Shown here one piece after another: positions 10,205 through 19,663 of a stretch of 64,000 nt of DNA (within the stretch, counting starts at the first letter, position 1; the number at the start of each line of letters is the position of its first letter). Source of the stretch: Desulfomicrobium sp. Its GTDB lineage: Bacteria; Desulfobacterota; Desulfovibrionia; Desulfovibrionales; Desulfomicrobiaceae. The stretch lies in NCBI GenBank assembly GCA_040768745.1, contig JAXGMI010000002.1, positions 160,001 to 224,000 on the forward strand, written 5' to 3'. The notes beneath the pieces are model-generated. The model saw nothing but the letters and a program-made list of their open reading frames with translations. It was not told the origin of the DNA and did no database searches. Made by a program: the position numbers and the translations under genes.

Positions 10205-10939
10205 GGGTCATGACTAGAACAGCGGATAACAAATCTGCTAGGATCGAGTCATGGCAAGGGTTAATAAGTACGCAAATCGTTCAAAAATTTCAGAGGCCAA
10301 ATTCAGGCAATTCTTGAAGCTCTTTTCCTTTGATCTGGATGCATCCCAGATCGCCCTGGTGACTGGCCTAAACAGAAATACCGTGAACAGGTATCTCATG
10401 GCCTTGCGCCAACGAATCGCTGAGTACTGCGAGCGACAAGCCCCAGTTCTCGGGGAAATCGAAGTTGATGAAAGCTACTTCGGGCCTCGCCGAGTCAAAG
10501 GACTCCGAGGTCGTGGCGCAAGCAGTAAAACCATTGTGTTTGGCATCTTCAAGCGCCAAGGCCAAGTCTATACCGAGATCGTGCCTGATTGCAGCCGTGC
10601 CACACTTCAGGCGGTTATCCGAGGTCGAGTCAGCGTCGAAAGCGTCATCCATTCCGATGGATGGCGCGGCTATAACGGCCTGGTGGATATAGGGTACCAG
10701 AAGCATTTCAGGGTCAACCACGGAGACAATGAATTTGCCAATGAACGTAGCCATATCAATGGCATAGAAAGCTTTTGGGGCTATTCGAAAACTCGCCTTG
10801 CCAAGTTCAGAGGTGTCAGCAAGGTAACCTTTTTCTTGCATTTGAAAGATGCGAATTTCGATTTAACAATAGGGGCCAGAACATCTATAAAGTCCTGCTC
10901 AAAATCATCAGGACAAACCCGCTGTTCTAGTCATGACCC
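10205..10939 (+). mobile_element. IS1595-family (IS1016-like) insertion sequence, 735 bp
   Basis: 21-bp perfect terminal IRs GGGTCATGACTAGAACAGCGG; 8-bp direct repeat AAAATAAT at 10197-10204 and 10940-10947. Confidence 0.95.
10251..10930 (+). pseudogene. IS1595-family transposase with a 3' frameshift
   Basis: EVDESYFG, HSDGW and HINGIESFW are intact. One base is missing near 10849; the shifted frame restores CEFRFNNRGQNIYKVLLKIIRTNPLF*. Confidence 0.8.
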
Positions 10940-11052
10940 AAAATAATTTAGTCCATGACTCTGATTTCGTCCACAATATCTTGCAGAGAAAAAATATCGG
11001 ACCTGCCCAGGGGCTGGCTGGAGTGGAAGGCCCTTGATGTTCACATCTTGGA

Positions 11053-13009
11053 CAGGAGTTTCGAAAGTTTCTGGCCAAATGAATCGATTATCTCCAACAA
11101 TACAGCATATAGCTTTTGATTTTCTGTAAGACCCCACGCTCGACTTCATAGCCGAACGCAGCCAGGACCCTGGCCTGATCCGGCGTTGGCTCCTCGATCA
11201 TCCGCCATGCCTTTTCCTTCTCTCCGTTCCAGCACAGGCACGAATGCAGATTACGCATGAGGTCCATGGTCCGCTGCGCGGTCATATGGATGCCGGCGTC
11301 TTCCAGCTTCAGCTCGATCAGGCGCAGATAGGCCAAGGCTACGATGCAGCTCAGGAAATGGCACCTGATTTTCGAATCGGTCCAGTGCCGTATCGGGAAC
11401 ATGCTGACCAGGTCATCGTCCTTGGTCTGACGGAACGCCTGTTCCACGATGTATCTGTCCAGGCTGGCCTGGACGATCTCGTCCGTGCTCCAATCGGCGT
11501 GGTCGGTAATGAGGATGTTCTTGCCGAACCTGTCGATATGCCGGCTGATGCGGTAGTAGTTCTTGCGGAAACCCAGGATGGTCTGCCCGTCCTTGCGTTC
11601 AAAGGTCAGGTCGTACAGGTCCTTGGGCAGATGCAGGTCTTCGCAAACCTGTTCATACCGTTCCCGCACCTTGGCTTCCTGTCTCCAGCCCCGGGCATCC
11701 TCCCGGACCTTGCCCCGGATTTCGTACAGCGCGGCCTGGAGCTTTTGCAGCTTGGCTTCGAAGGCATATCGCTGCTTGGTCGCCGTGAGCGGGTTGTACG
11801 TCACGACGACGGTGCGTTCCCGGCCCCAGTATTCTCCGGTCGTGCGCCAGGCCGACAGGAGATCGTCCTCGCGGCCCTGGGCCTTGAGTTCCCGGTTGTG
11901 TACAGTCTCGACGGCCGAGAACTGGTCACGTCCGGCATGAATGAGTTCTTCGGCGAAATATGGGGAATACGTGGTGATGAAGTGGGCGCCGTCCGTGGCG
12001 TCAATGGCGCAGATGTTCTCCGGAGAGTTCATGCCCTTGTCGAAGACGATGGTCACGTCCTTTTGTCCGCAACCCTGCATTGTCGCGCAAACTTCGTCGA
12101 TGATCGACTGGAACAAGCGTGAATCATGTCGGTTGCCTTCGTATTCGCGGTAAAAGAACGGCAGCCGGGTTTGCCTGTCGACCAGCAGGGCCAGCCCGAC
12201 CTGCCTGGGCCAGTCCCGTCCTTCCTTGTTCTTGCCGCGTTTGGCCAGTTCCGACTCGGTATCGCTGGCCATGAACGTGAAGTAGTTGGTGGTGTCGAAC
12301 AGGAAGCATCCCGAGGTCGAAGGCCGCAGTTCCGCAATCCTGGCAAAGAGCTTCTGGGCGATGTCGCGCAGATGCTTCTCCTCCACCAATCCCCATTTGC
12401 GCCAATAGCCATCTGAATCCAGCGCCTGGATATCGGCGGCTCGAATGGACTGGATGGCCGTATGGGCGAACCATTCCGGCAGCGCCCGTTTGGACGTGGC
12501 GTCGACCATGCGGTTGAAGGCGGCGTAGAGAAAGTACTCACCGACGCTTGGCCCGGAATCCTTGGATTTCTGCGGGACGATCCCGTCAATGATCCCGGTC
12601 ACGCCGACCATCTTTTCGATCTCGTTTGCCAGCCACAACGCGCCGAACTCCTGGACCTGAATGCGACTCAGGTCCGTAGACTTCTGCCCAGTGACCAGGC
12701 TGAGAATCTTTTCCACTGTGCCGAGGTAGACCTGATTCACAACCTTGGGCTTGCCGTTCACACGGGCAATCTCGCGGATGTAGAAGTAGGGTCTTCCGTT
12801 TTTCATTTTCTTATGGAGGTGCGCCATGTCTCGGCCATACCATAAGGGTCTTATACATGCAATAAAAATCGTTCTTTTTTGGTGAAAAATCAGCAAGTTG
12901 TGTCGTGGAAAAACGGGAAAAGAAGAGGGTCTTACAGCAAATATAAAGATAATAGCCTGGAATTATGAAGAAAATAGACAAGGTTCAGGAGAATTTTTCG
13001 AAACTCCTG
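11053..13009 (-). mobile_element. IS1634-family insertion sequence (~1.96 kb)
   Basis: IRs CAGGAGTTTCGAAA at 11053-11066 and 12996-13009 bracket the transposase; no target duplication seen. Confidence 0.85.
11088..12827 (-). CDS. IS1634-family DDE transposase
   Basis: MAHLHKKMKNGRPYFYIRE..RVNGKPKV N-terminus; FDTT, VFDKGM, VEQAFR and PIRHWTD motifs. Confidence 0.92.
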   Translation of the reverse strand: MAHLHKKMKNGRPYFYIREIARVNGKPKVVNQVYLGTVEKILSLVTGQKSTDLSRIQVQEFGALWLANEIEKMVGVTGIIDGIVPQKSKDSGPSVGEYFLYAAFNRMVDATSKRALPEWFAHTAIQSIRAADIQALDSDGYWRKWGLVEEKHLRDIAQKLFARIAELRPSTSGCFLFDTTNYFTFMASDTESELAKRGKNKEGRDWPRQVGLALLVDRQTRLPFFYREYEGNRHDSRLFQSIIDEVCATMQGCGQKDVTIVFDKGMNSPENICAIDATDGAHFITTYSPYFAEELIHAGRDQFSAVETVHNRELKAQGREDDLLSAWRTTGEYWGRERTVVVTYNPLTATKQRYAFEAKLQKLQAALYEIRGKVREDARGWRQEAKVRERYEQVCEDLHLPKDLYDLTFERKDGQTILGFRKNYYRISRHIDRFGKNILITDHADWSTDEIVQASLDRYIVEQAFRQTKDDDLVSMFPIRHWTDSKIRCHFLSCIVALAYLRLIELKLEDAGIHMTAQRTMDLMRNLHSCLCWNGEKEKAWRMIEEPTPDQARVLAAFGYEVERGVLQKIKSYMLYCWR

Positions 13010-13507
13010 TCAGATCATCCCCGTTTTCTGCAGGGCCTTGGCTGCAAACAGCCCGCCCACGGCCCCGCCCACGGCCTGGATCAGGTTGGCCGGGATCTCG
13101 GCCACGGCACCCTGCAGTCCGATGTTGGGCATCAGCGTTTCCCCAATGAAATACACGGCCACCATGGCCGTCCCTCCGAGGCCCAGCAGCATGTAACGTC
13201 CAGTTCCGGTTCTGTTGGCGGCCATGGCCGCTGCAGCTGCTTCCGCGCCCTTGGCCATGAGGGTCAGGGGGGCGAAGACAGCGAAGCCGCCAAAGACGTC
13301 GGCCAGGGCTGAGCCGATGCCGGCCGCGCCAAAGGCCCACAGGATGCCCTGGCGCGGCTGCAGGAATCCCAGCACCAGACCGCCGAAGACCACCGCCACG
13401 TCCCCGACGTTAAAATACCCGCGGCTGGGCAGTGGCACGCGCACAAAGAGGGTGATCAGGCAGGTAAGGGCTACGATGGACAGGGCTGCGATGCGGATAT
13501 TCTTCAT
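13010..13507 (-). CDS. ECF transporter substrate-binding S component
   Basis: About six TM helices; RVPLPSRGYFNVGD..V, GIGSALAD and PANLIQ are typical S-component motifs. Confidence 0.88.
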   Translation of the reverse strand: MKNIRIAALSIVALTCLITLFVRVPLPSRGYFNVGDVAVVFGGLVLGFLQPRQGILWAFGAAGIGSALADVFGGFAVFAPLTLMAKGAEAAAAAMAANRTGTGRYMLLGLGGTAMVAVYFIGETLMPNIGLQGAVAEIPANLIQAVGGAVGGLFAAKALQKTGMI

Positions 13508-14100
13508 TGCTGTTTCCTCACATACGAACGTCGATGCTCTATGAGCGTCACGGTTTTTTCGGTTTCCCGGTACAGGCTGATGTACGCGGCCACAATGACC
13601 CCGCCTAGCCGCTGCAGCTTGGCCCAGCGCCTGCCTTCGAAATGAGGGGAAAGGTCCATGAAAAAGCGGTGCCGGTGCAGGACGGGAGTACATTTTTCCA
13701 TGACCGCCTTCAAGACGATGGCCAGGCGTCGTACCCTGTTGGGCAGGGGCAGGATGACAATGTCACGGAAAGTGATGGCCTGCAGGCAAAGCTTCACGGC
13801 CAGGACGGAATTGGGAAAGACCAAGGCCTTGATCAGGGAGTCCGCCAGCCAGTCCGATCGGCCCAAGAGTCCCATCCACTGGAAGAGGGCGCCGAAGGCC
13901 AGGAGAGAGAGGACAAAGGGCAGGACAAAACCGAAAACCTGCCGCGTGCCCTTTATTCCCCCCTTGAATGTGTTGATAACCAACAGTCCGATCAGCAACG
14001 CGGCTTGGATGTCGATGTGTTCATACCAGGGGCCATAGACCAGAAGCCTGAAATAGAGGCCCAGCGCAAGGAGGATGGCCGCGAGCTTGAGGACTACCAT
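13504..14100 (-). CDS. Divergent EcfT-like membrane component
   Basis: Hydrophobic N-terminal half, amphipathic basic C-terminal helices; translationally coupled to the S component. Confidence 0.6.
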   Translation of the reverse strand: MVVLKLAAILLALGLYFRLLVYGPWYEHIDIQAALLIGLLVINTFKGGIKGTRQVFGFVLPFVLSLLAFGALFQWMGLLGRSDWLADSLIKALVFPNSVLAVKLCLQAITFRDIVILPLPNRVRRLAIVLKAVMEKCTPVLHRHRFFMDLSPHFEGRRWAKLQRLGGVIVAAYISLYRETEKTVTLIEHRRSYVRKQQ

Positions 14101-14609
14101 GCCTGCTCCAGGCGCACGTCCACGTCAGGGCCCGCGTTTGTGCGTTCGAAAAGGAGCCGGAACCCTCGCCTGTGCTGCGTCCTGGGCCGGGTTTCGCACA
14201 GGTGGGAAACTTTCACCACCCAGGAAAAGTCGAGCCGGTCCAAGGTCTCTCTCTGCTCTGGACGCAGGTATTTCTCGAATTCATCGAGAATGAGTGTGTC
14301 CCGGCTTGGGCAGGCCTGAATCCAGGCCAGGGCTAGGCTGGTGATGCCGACTGGAACCTCCTGTCCCAGCAGGGCCAGGGTCGCGGCCATGGTGTGGCGC
14401 TGCAGATCCATGTCCTGGGCCAGGTAGAGGATCCGGTGTGTGGATCGTGCTGACGGAATGAGCACGCGTTCCAAAAAAGTGCTCTTTCCTGCCCCGTTTT
14501 CACCGCACAGCACGAGCAGCGATCCGGAAGCCAGAGCCAGAGGTGCGGTCAGGTGGAAGCGCAGCCCGGCGTTTGCTGCTTCATGGATGCCTGCGGGAAG
14601 CTCAAGCAT
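14094..14609 (-). CDS. Truncated ABC ATPase (RecA-like core: Walker A, Q-loop, Walker B, H-switch; no signature motif)
   Basis: GENGAGKST, YLAQD, LILDE and VSH in only 171 aa; no LSGGQ-like sequence. Confidence 0.8.
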   Translation of the reverse strand: MLELPAGIHEAANAGLRFHLTAPLALASGSLLVLCGENGAGKSTFLERVLIPSARSTHRILYLAQDMDLQRHTMAATLALLGQEVPVGITSLALAWIQACPSRDTLILDEFEKYLRPEQRETLDRLDFSWVVKVSHLCETRPRTQHRRGFRLLFERTNAGPDVDVRLEQAW

Positions 14610-15012
14610 GGATGGCCCTTGGTCCGCTGGGTGTGAGGGTGAAAAGAGTGGCCGCCGGAAGCATGGTCGCGAATTTCAGGAGCAGGAGCTCTCGGTTCTT
14701 CGGGGACAGGGTTTCCAGCACACGGACCAGCATGATCTGCAGTGGATCCCGGGGCAGCAGGCGCATGAGCAGCAGGCAGCACAGTATGGCCTGTTCTCCC
14801 CCGGAGTAGGAATCGAGCCTGCGCCCGCGATCCGGCACAAAGCCGAAAGAAAGCGCATCGGTTTTCAGGTCCGCAAAAAGAGCATCTCCGGCTCCAAGGA
14901 CCAGGATCTCGTCTTCCAGGGTGGCGCAGACAAACAGGCTGTGGATGTCGATGACGCAGTATCCGGCGCCGAATTCCGCGATGGTGTCGTGAGTCATGCC
15001 GGGCATGTGCAC
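14602..15012 (-). CDS. ABC helical-subdomain/signature-motif-only protein (EcfA-like fragment)
   Basis: FVCATLEDEI resembles EcfA FVGATVEDDV; RRLDSYSGGEQ is a signature motif; Walker B/D-loop degenerate; no Walker A. Start codon uncertain. Confidence 0.65.
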   Translation of the reverse strand: MHMPGMTHDTIAEFGAGYCVIDIHSLFVCATLEDEILVLGAGDALFADLKTDALSFGFVPDRGRRLDSYSGGEQAILCCLLLMRLLPRDPLQIMLVRVLETLSPKNRELLLLKFATMLPAATLFTLTPSGPRAIHA

Positions 15013-15065
15013 TGCGTCCTGGTTGTGCTTGACGGGCTGAAAAAGGGATGCAAAAGACCTAGGCC

Positions 15066-15488
15066 ATGATCAAATACAGTGTCGAATGCTGGCTTTACAA
15101 CCCCCTGACCGACCGTTTTCTGCTCCTGCGCTGTCCCCAGACCTACCGCCATGACGAGTACTGGCAACCCGTGACCGGAGGGCGCGGTCCCGGAGAGCCC
15201 TGCATCGAGGCCTGCCTTCGGGAAGTGCAGGAGGAAACAGGGTTTGCCCTGGTTCCTGAGCAGTTGGAAGTGGTTATCCCCGAATTCACCTTCTGCATTC
15301 CCGATGCCCGCATCGAACTGCACAAGCCCGTCTATCTGGCCCGGGTCACAACCGAGCACGTGGTCATTTCCCCGGAGCATATCGCCTACTACTGGTTTGA
15401 CGCCGACCAGGTGGAGTCCCGTCTGCATTGGGATTCCAACCGGGAATCTTTTCGTCAGGTCCTGAACTATTCCCGCCTGCCTTGCTGA
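15066..15488 (+). CDS. NUDIX hydrolase (NudB/NtpA-like)
   Basis: WQPVTGG and Nudix box GE...EACLREVQEETG; SPEH..Y.W. Confidence 0.88.
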   Translation: MIKYSVECWLYNPLTDRFLLLRCPQTYRHDEYWQPVTGGRGPGEPCIEACLREVQEETGFALVPEQLEVVIPEFTFCIPDARIELHKPVYLARVTTEHVVISPEHIAYYWFDADQVESRLHWDSNRESFRQVLNYSRLPC

Positions 15489-16063
15489 CCATTCAGCAGT
15501 TCCTCCAGATACGCAACCACTTCGGGGGCATCCCACTGGGCCATGCCCGTGTGCTTGAATACCAGTCTCCCTTCCCGGTCGAAAATAAAGGTCGTGGGGA
15601 GGCCGGGGACCGTCAGCTCTGCAGGTACATCTGATGTGAAGACGTAGAGGGGCATGGCTACGGTCTTGGGAAAAGGATGGGAGCGGACATCCACGAGCAC
15701 CTCATCGCTGATACACAGAATGGCTATGTCCGGACGGTCGTGAAACCGTTTCCACAAATTTTCCAAGGACGGCATCTCCGCGCGGCACGGAGGGCACCAT
15801 GTGGCCCACAGGTTGAGCAGCACGACACTTCCGCGCAGGCTGTGCAGCCTGCGCGTCTGTCCTGCCAGGTCAGAAAATTCTGCCGCGAGCTCCCAGAGCC
15901 GCGAGCCGACAGGCACGGAGGATGCGCCCAGTGTCATTTCGGTGTTGCCTTCCTCCTGCGCGAAACTGCTCATGAACAGCAGCCCGGCCCCTGCTTCCAG
16001 CAGCAAAAGACAGAGGGCGCCGCTCAGGAATCCCGCGATGGATGTATTGGTGAAGATGGACAT
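15467..16063 (-). CDS. TlpA-family thiol:disulfide oxidoreductase
   Basis: LNLWATWCPPCRAEMP, GLPTTFI; N-terminal membrane anchor. Confidence 0.9.
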   Translation of the reverse strand: MSIFTNTSIAGFLSGALCLLLLEAGAGLLFMSSFAQEEGNTEMTLGASSVPVGSRLWELAAEFSDLAGQTRRLHSLRGSVVLLNLWATWCPPCRAEMPSLENLWKRFHDRPDIAILCISDEVLVDVRSHPFPKTVAMPLYVFTSDVPAELTVPGLPTTFIFDREGRLVFKHTGMAQWDAPEVVAYLEELLNGQQGRRE

Positions 16064-16069
16064 AGGCGT

Positions 16070-16846
16070 TCAGGGGGTCGGTGGTTGAGATTCGGTCAAA
16101 CCAAGGTCAGCCTTGAGGGCGGCAACTTCCTCCTCAGCCAGGTGCCGCCATGCGCCGGGCTCCAGGTCGCCAAGCCGCAAGGGGCCGATGGCCACACGTC
16201 GCAGGCGCAGGATGGTCAGATGGAGATCCCGAAACATGCGTCGGATCTGCCGGTTTACTCCCTGGCGCAGGGTCAGGCGCAACAGGGTCTTGCCGTCAGG
16301 CTGGACCGAGGCCATGACCGCCACGGGGCTCAGCCGCTCGCCCTCCTGGAGGCGCATGCCCGAGCGCATGATCTTTTGGGCCTGTTCCGAAACGTGCTCC
16401 CGGACCAGGACCTCGTACACCTTGGGGTGCTCGTGGCGGGGGTGAGTCAGGCGCAGGGTGACCTCGCCATCGTTGGTCAGCAGCAGCAGCCCTTCGGACA
16501 TGTAGTCCAGGCGGCCCACAGGGAACAGCCGGAGGGCGCGCAGCTCGTCGGGCAACAGTTCCAGGACCGTGGGACGTCCCTGGGGGTCGCGGACTGTGGT
16601 CACGGTATGCACGGGTTTGTTCAGAATCACGTATTCCAGCTGTTTTCCGGCCAGGGGCGGATGGACTGTCTGACCGTTGACCTGGACCTTGTCCTGCATC
16701 GGCACAACCCGCACGCCCGGCTCGCGCTGGACGTGGCCGTTGACCTGCACGCGTCCGGCCAGGATCAGCTCGTCCGCACCGCGGCGGGAGGAAAGGCCGG
16801 CATCGGCCAGGAATTTGTTGAGGCGCACGGGGGTGTTGGCGGGCAT
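16070..16846 (-). CDS. rluB: rRNA pseudouridine synthase, RsuA/RluB family
   Basis: S4 domain RLNKFLADAG.SRR; PVGRLD catalytic motif; RQIRRM. Confidence 0.88.
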   Translation of the reverse strand: MPANTPVRLNKFLADAGLSSRRGADELILAGRVQVNGHVQREPGVRVVPMQDKVQVNGQTVHPPLAGKQLEYVILNKPVHTVTTVRDPQGRPTVLELLPDELRALRLFPVGRLDYMSEGLLLLTNDGEVTLRLTHPRHEHPKVYEVLVREHVSEQAQKIMRSGMRLQEGERLSPVAVMASVQPDGKTLLRLTLRQGVNRQIRRMFRDLHLTILRLRRVAIGPLRLGDLEPGAWRHLAEEEVAALKADLGLTESQPPTP

Positions 16847-16923
16847 GGCGAAGCAATAGAGAGAACCCTGTTTCAGGGCAAGCAAAAAGCCGTGGAAAGT
16901 GCGCGTGCCAGGAGTAGGCAGGC

Positions 16924-17556
16924 TTATTTGTGATTGATGTCCGTTCCGCGATCCAGGTCGCGAAAGGTCTTTGGTTCCTCGGCGCTGCGGGTGATGCACA
17001 GATCATGGATCAGGCCGTTGGAAATGGAGTAGATCCAGCCGTGCAGGTAGAGGATCCGGCCCCGGTTCCAGGCTTTGCGCACGATGCTGTTCTGGGCCAG
17101 ATGGCGGACCTGCAGACGGACATTCAGTTCGCACAGATCATCCAGACTGGGATGGGAAGTCGCCTCCATGAGGTGCTTCACGTTTTCCAACCAATGTTCG
17201 AGCAGGCCGGTGGTTTGGTCCTTCATGACCGCCTCGATCCCCCCGCACCCGTAATGCCCGCAGACGATGATGTGCTTCACTCGCAGCACGTCAATGGCGT
17301 ATTGCAGGACGCACATGAGGTTGATGTCCGTGTTGATGACCTGGTTGGAGATGTTGCGGTGCACGAAGACCTCGCCCGGCATGACGCCGATGAGCTGGTC
17401 AGCGGGCACGCGGCTGTCGGAGCAGCCGATCCACAGGAACTTGGGCTTGTGCTGGTTCTCCAGCTTGCGGAAGAAGCCGGGAATGTTCTTTTCGACGTTC
17501 TGGGCCCAGATCCGGTTGTTGTCGAGCAGCTTGGCGATTTCTTTCATGTCATTCAT
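16924..17556 (-). CDS. can: Beta-class carbonic anhydrase
   Basis: WIGCSDSRVP, FVHRNI and CGHYGCGG zinc ligands; start uncertain (17556 or 17547). Confidence 0.93.
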   Translation of the reverse strand: MNDMKEIAKLLDNNRIWAQNVEKNIPGFFRKLENQHKPKFLWIGCSDSRVPADQLIGVMPGEVFVHRNISNQVINTDINLMCVLQYAIDVLRVKHIIVCGHYGCGGIEAVMKDQTTGLLEHWLENVKHLMEATSHPSLDDLCELNVRLQVRHLAQNSIVRKAWNRGRILYLHGWIYSISNGLIHDLCITRSAEEPKTFRDLDRGTDINHK

Positions 17557-17806
17557 CCGTTGGGGGCTGGTGCGTACTGATTGTTTACTCATTTTGTCCG
17601 GATCGCGCAATGCGTCTCCCGTACCCGGAAACGATCGGGGCGCACGGGTGGACCAAAAGCGCGGGTTGGGCTAGACTGGTAGTCTGCTGGAAGGAATCGT
17701 CATCTTATCCCGGCAGCGCCGCAGCCCCCTCCACGCCTTTGCATCATGCTCCCTTCCGCCGGCTACGGGCGTGGAACCCGTTCACCACAATCCCTGTGAG
17801 GTTGCA

Positions 17807-19597
17807 ATGAACCTGGACAGTTCACGATGGTGCGCGCGCACCTTCATCGCGGAACACGCCGGCGTCTTCGACGTGGTCAGGACCGCCCCCGACCTCGACG
17901 CGGCGCGCAAGGCGCTCTATCTTTTCGTGACCGAGCGTCAGTATCTGATCCTCTTCGACGACCGCCAGCACAACTCCTTCGAGATGACGGTGGCCCGGGA
18001 CTGCGCCCGCGTCCTGCGCGCGGTTCTGGCCAGAGGCTCCGACGCCCGGGCCGGCTTCAGCGTGGCCCAGACCCTGTGGGACCTGGCCCGCGGCGTGGAG
18101 CGCGCGGACCTGACGGTCGGCTTTTTCGCCGAGCTGTCGCACCTTTTCCACGGCCTGAACGGCACGCCCCTGGATGTAACCCCCGAACCCTCGGACCGGG
18201 ACGGGGTCAGCGGGCGCGAGGCCGCCGTGGCCAGGTCCCTTGAACTCGACCGCATCTGGGAGGGTATCGAGCAGGCCATGGCGCGCTACGAATCGGGCCT
18301 TGAACCGGCCTCCATGGACCGGCGCAGGCAGCGCAGGCAGGAGCTCCAGGCCCTGCTCGGGGCATCGGACCGCGAGTGGGAGGACTGGCGCTGGCAGGTG
18401 CGCAACATCATTGAGGACGCCGACGGCCTGGCTGCGGCCGTCAACCTGCGCGATGACGAGCGGGCCGCCGTAACGCAGGCGGTCCGGACGAAGCAGCCTT
18501 TCGGGATCACACCGTATTACTCCTCCCTCATGGACAACGACCCCGAAACCGGCCGCGACCGGGCCGTACGCTCCCAGGTCATCCCGCCGGTCTCCTACGT
18601 GAAGTGCATGGCCGCCCACGGCGACAGCCGGTCCGAGGCCTTCGACTTCATGCGCGAGGCCGACACGTCGCCCATTGATCTCGTCACGCGGCGCTACCCA
18701 GCAATCGTCATCCTCAAGCCCTTCAACACCTGTCCGCAGATCTGCGTCTACTGCCAGCGCAACTGGGAGATCGAGCGGGCCATGGCGCCGGGGGCCATGG
18801 CGTCCCGGGCCGACCTGGAGAGCGCCGTGGAGTGGGTCAGACGGCACCCGGCCATCAAGGAGGTCCTGGTCACGGGCGGCGACCCCCTGGCCATGGGCGA
18901 CGGTCCCCTGGATCGCATCCTGAAAAGCGTCGCGGACATCCCCCACGTGGAGCTCATCCGCATCGGCACGCGTACGCCCGTGACCCTGCCCATGCGCATC
19001 ACGCCGGGGCTGGCCCGCATGCTCGGCTCCTTCCGCGAGCCCGGGGTGCGCGACGTCTGCCTGGTCACCCACGTGGAGCATGTTTCGGAAGTGACGCCGG
19101 AATTCGTGACCGCCGTGGACAGGCTCAAACGGCAGGGCGTGAGCGTCTACAACCAGCTCGTCTTCACGTTTCACGTCTCCCGGCGCTTCGAGGCCGCGGC
19201 CCTGCGGCGGCTCCTGCGCAGATGCGGGGTGGAGCCCTATTACACCTTCGCGCCCAAGGGCAAGGAGGAGACGGAAGACTACCGCGTGCCCATCGCCCGC
19301 ATTCTGCAGGAGCAGCAGGAGGAGGCGCGCCTGCTGCCGGGCATGCGCCGCACCGACGCGCCCGTCTTCAACGTGCCGGGCCTGGGCAAGAACCACCTGC
19401 GCGCCGCCCAGAACCGCGACGTGGTGTCCATCCTGCCCGACGGCTCGCGGGTCTACGAGTTCCACCCGTGGGAGAAGAACATCGTCGAGCGCGACTCCTA
19501 CGTCGGTCAGGACGTGCCGATACTGACGTATCTTGAGCGCCTGGCCGCCATCGGTGAGGATCCGGACGAGTATTCGAGCATCTGGTACTATTATTAG
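17807..19597 (+). CDS. KamA-family radical SAM/PLP protein (lysine 2,3-aminomutase-like) with N-terminal extension
   Basis: W.DWRWQ, PFGITPYY, CPQICVYC, VLVTGGDPL, RIGTRTPV, PGLGK. Confidence 0.9.
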   Translation: MNLDSSRWCARTFIAEHAGVFDVVRTAPDLDAARKALYLFVTERQYLILFDDRQHNSFEMTVARDCARVLRAVLARGSDARAGFSVAQTLWDLARGVERADLTVGFFAELSHLFHGLNGTPLDVTPEPSDRDGVSGREAAVARSLELDRIWEGIEQAMARYESGLEPASMDRRRQRRQELQALLGASDREWEDWRWQVRNIIEDADGLAAAVNLRDDERAAVTQAVRTKQPFGITPYYSSLMDNDPETGRDRAVRSQVIPPVSYVKCMAAHGDSRSEAFDFMREADTSPIDLVTRRYPAIVILKPFNTCPQICVYCQRNWEIERAMAPGAMASRADLESAVEWVRRHPAIKEVLVTGGDPLAMGDGPLDRILKSVADIPHVELIRIGTRTPVTLPMRITPGLARMLGSFREPGVRDVCLVTHVEHVSEVTPEFVTAVDRLKRQGVSVYNQLVFTFHVSRRFEAAALRRLLRRCGVEPYYTFAPKGKEETEDYRVPIARILQEQQEEARLLPGMRRTDAPVFNVPGLGKNHLRAAQNRDVVSILPDGSRVYEFHPWEKNIVERDSYVGQDVPILTYLERLAAIGEDPDEYSSIWYYY

Positions 19598-19600
19598 GCC

Positions 19601-19630
19601 GAAAAAAAGCCTCCCCGGCGGGGGAGGCTT
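19601..19630 (-). terminator. Intrinsic terminator of the Liv-type operon
   Basis: AAGCCTCCCC-GGCG-GGGGAGGCTT perfect stem with a U tract on the minus strand; lies between convergent genes. Confidence 0.85.
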
Positions 19631-19663
19631 CGTGTCTCTCTGGAGTGCCCAACAGTCAAGGTG

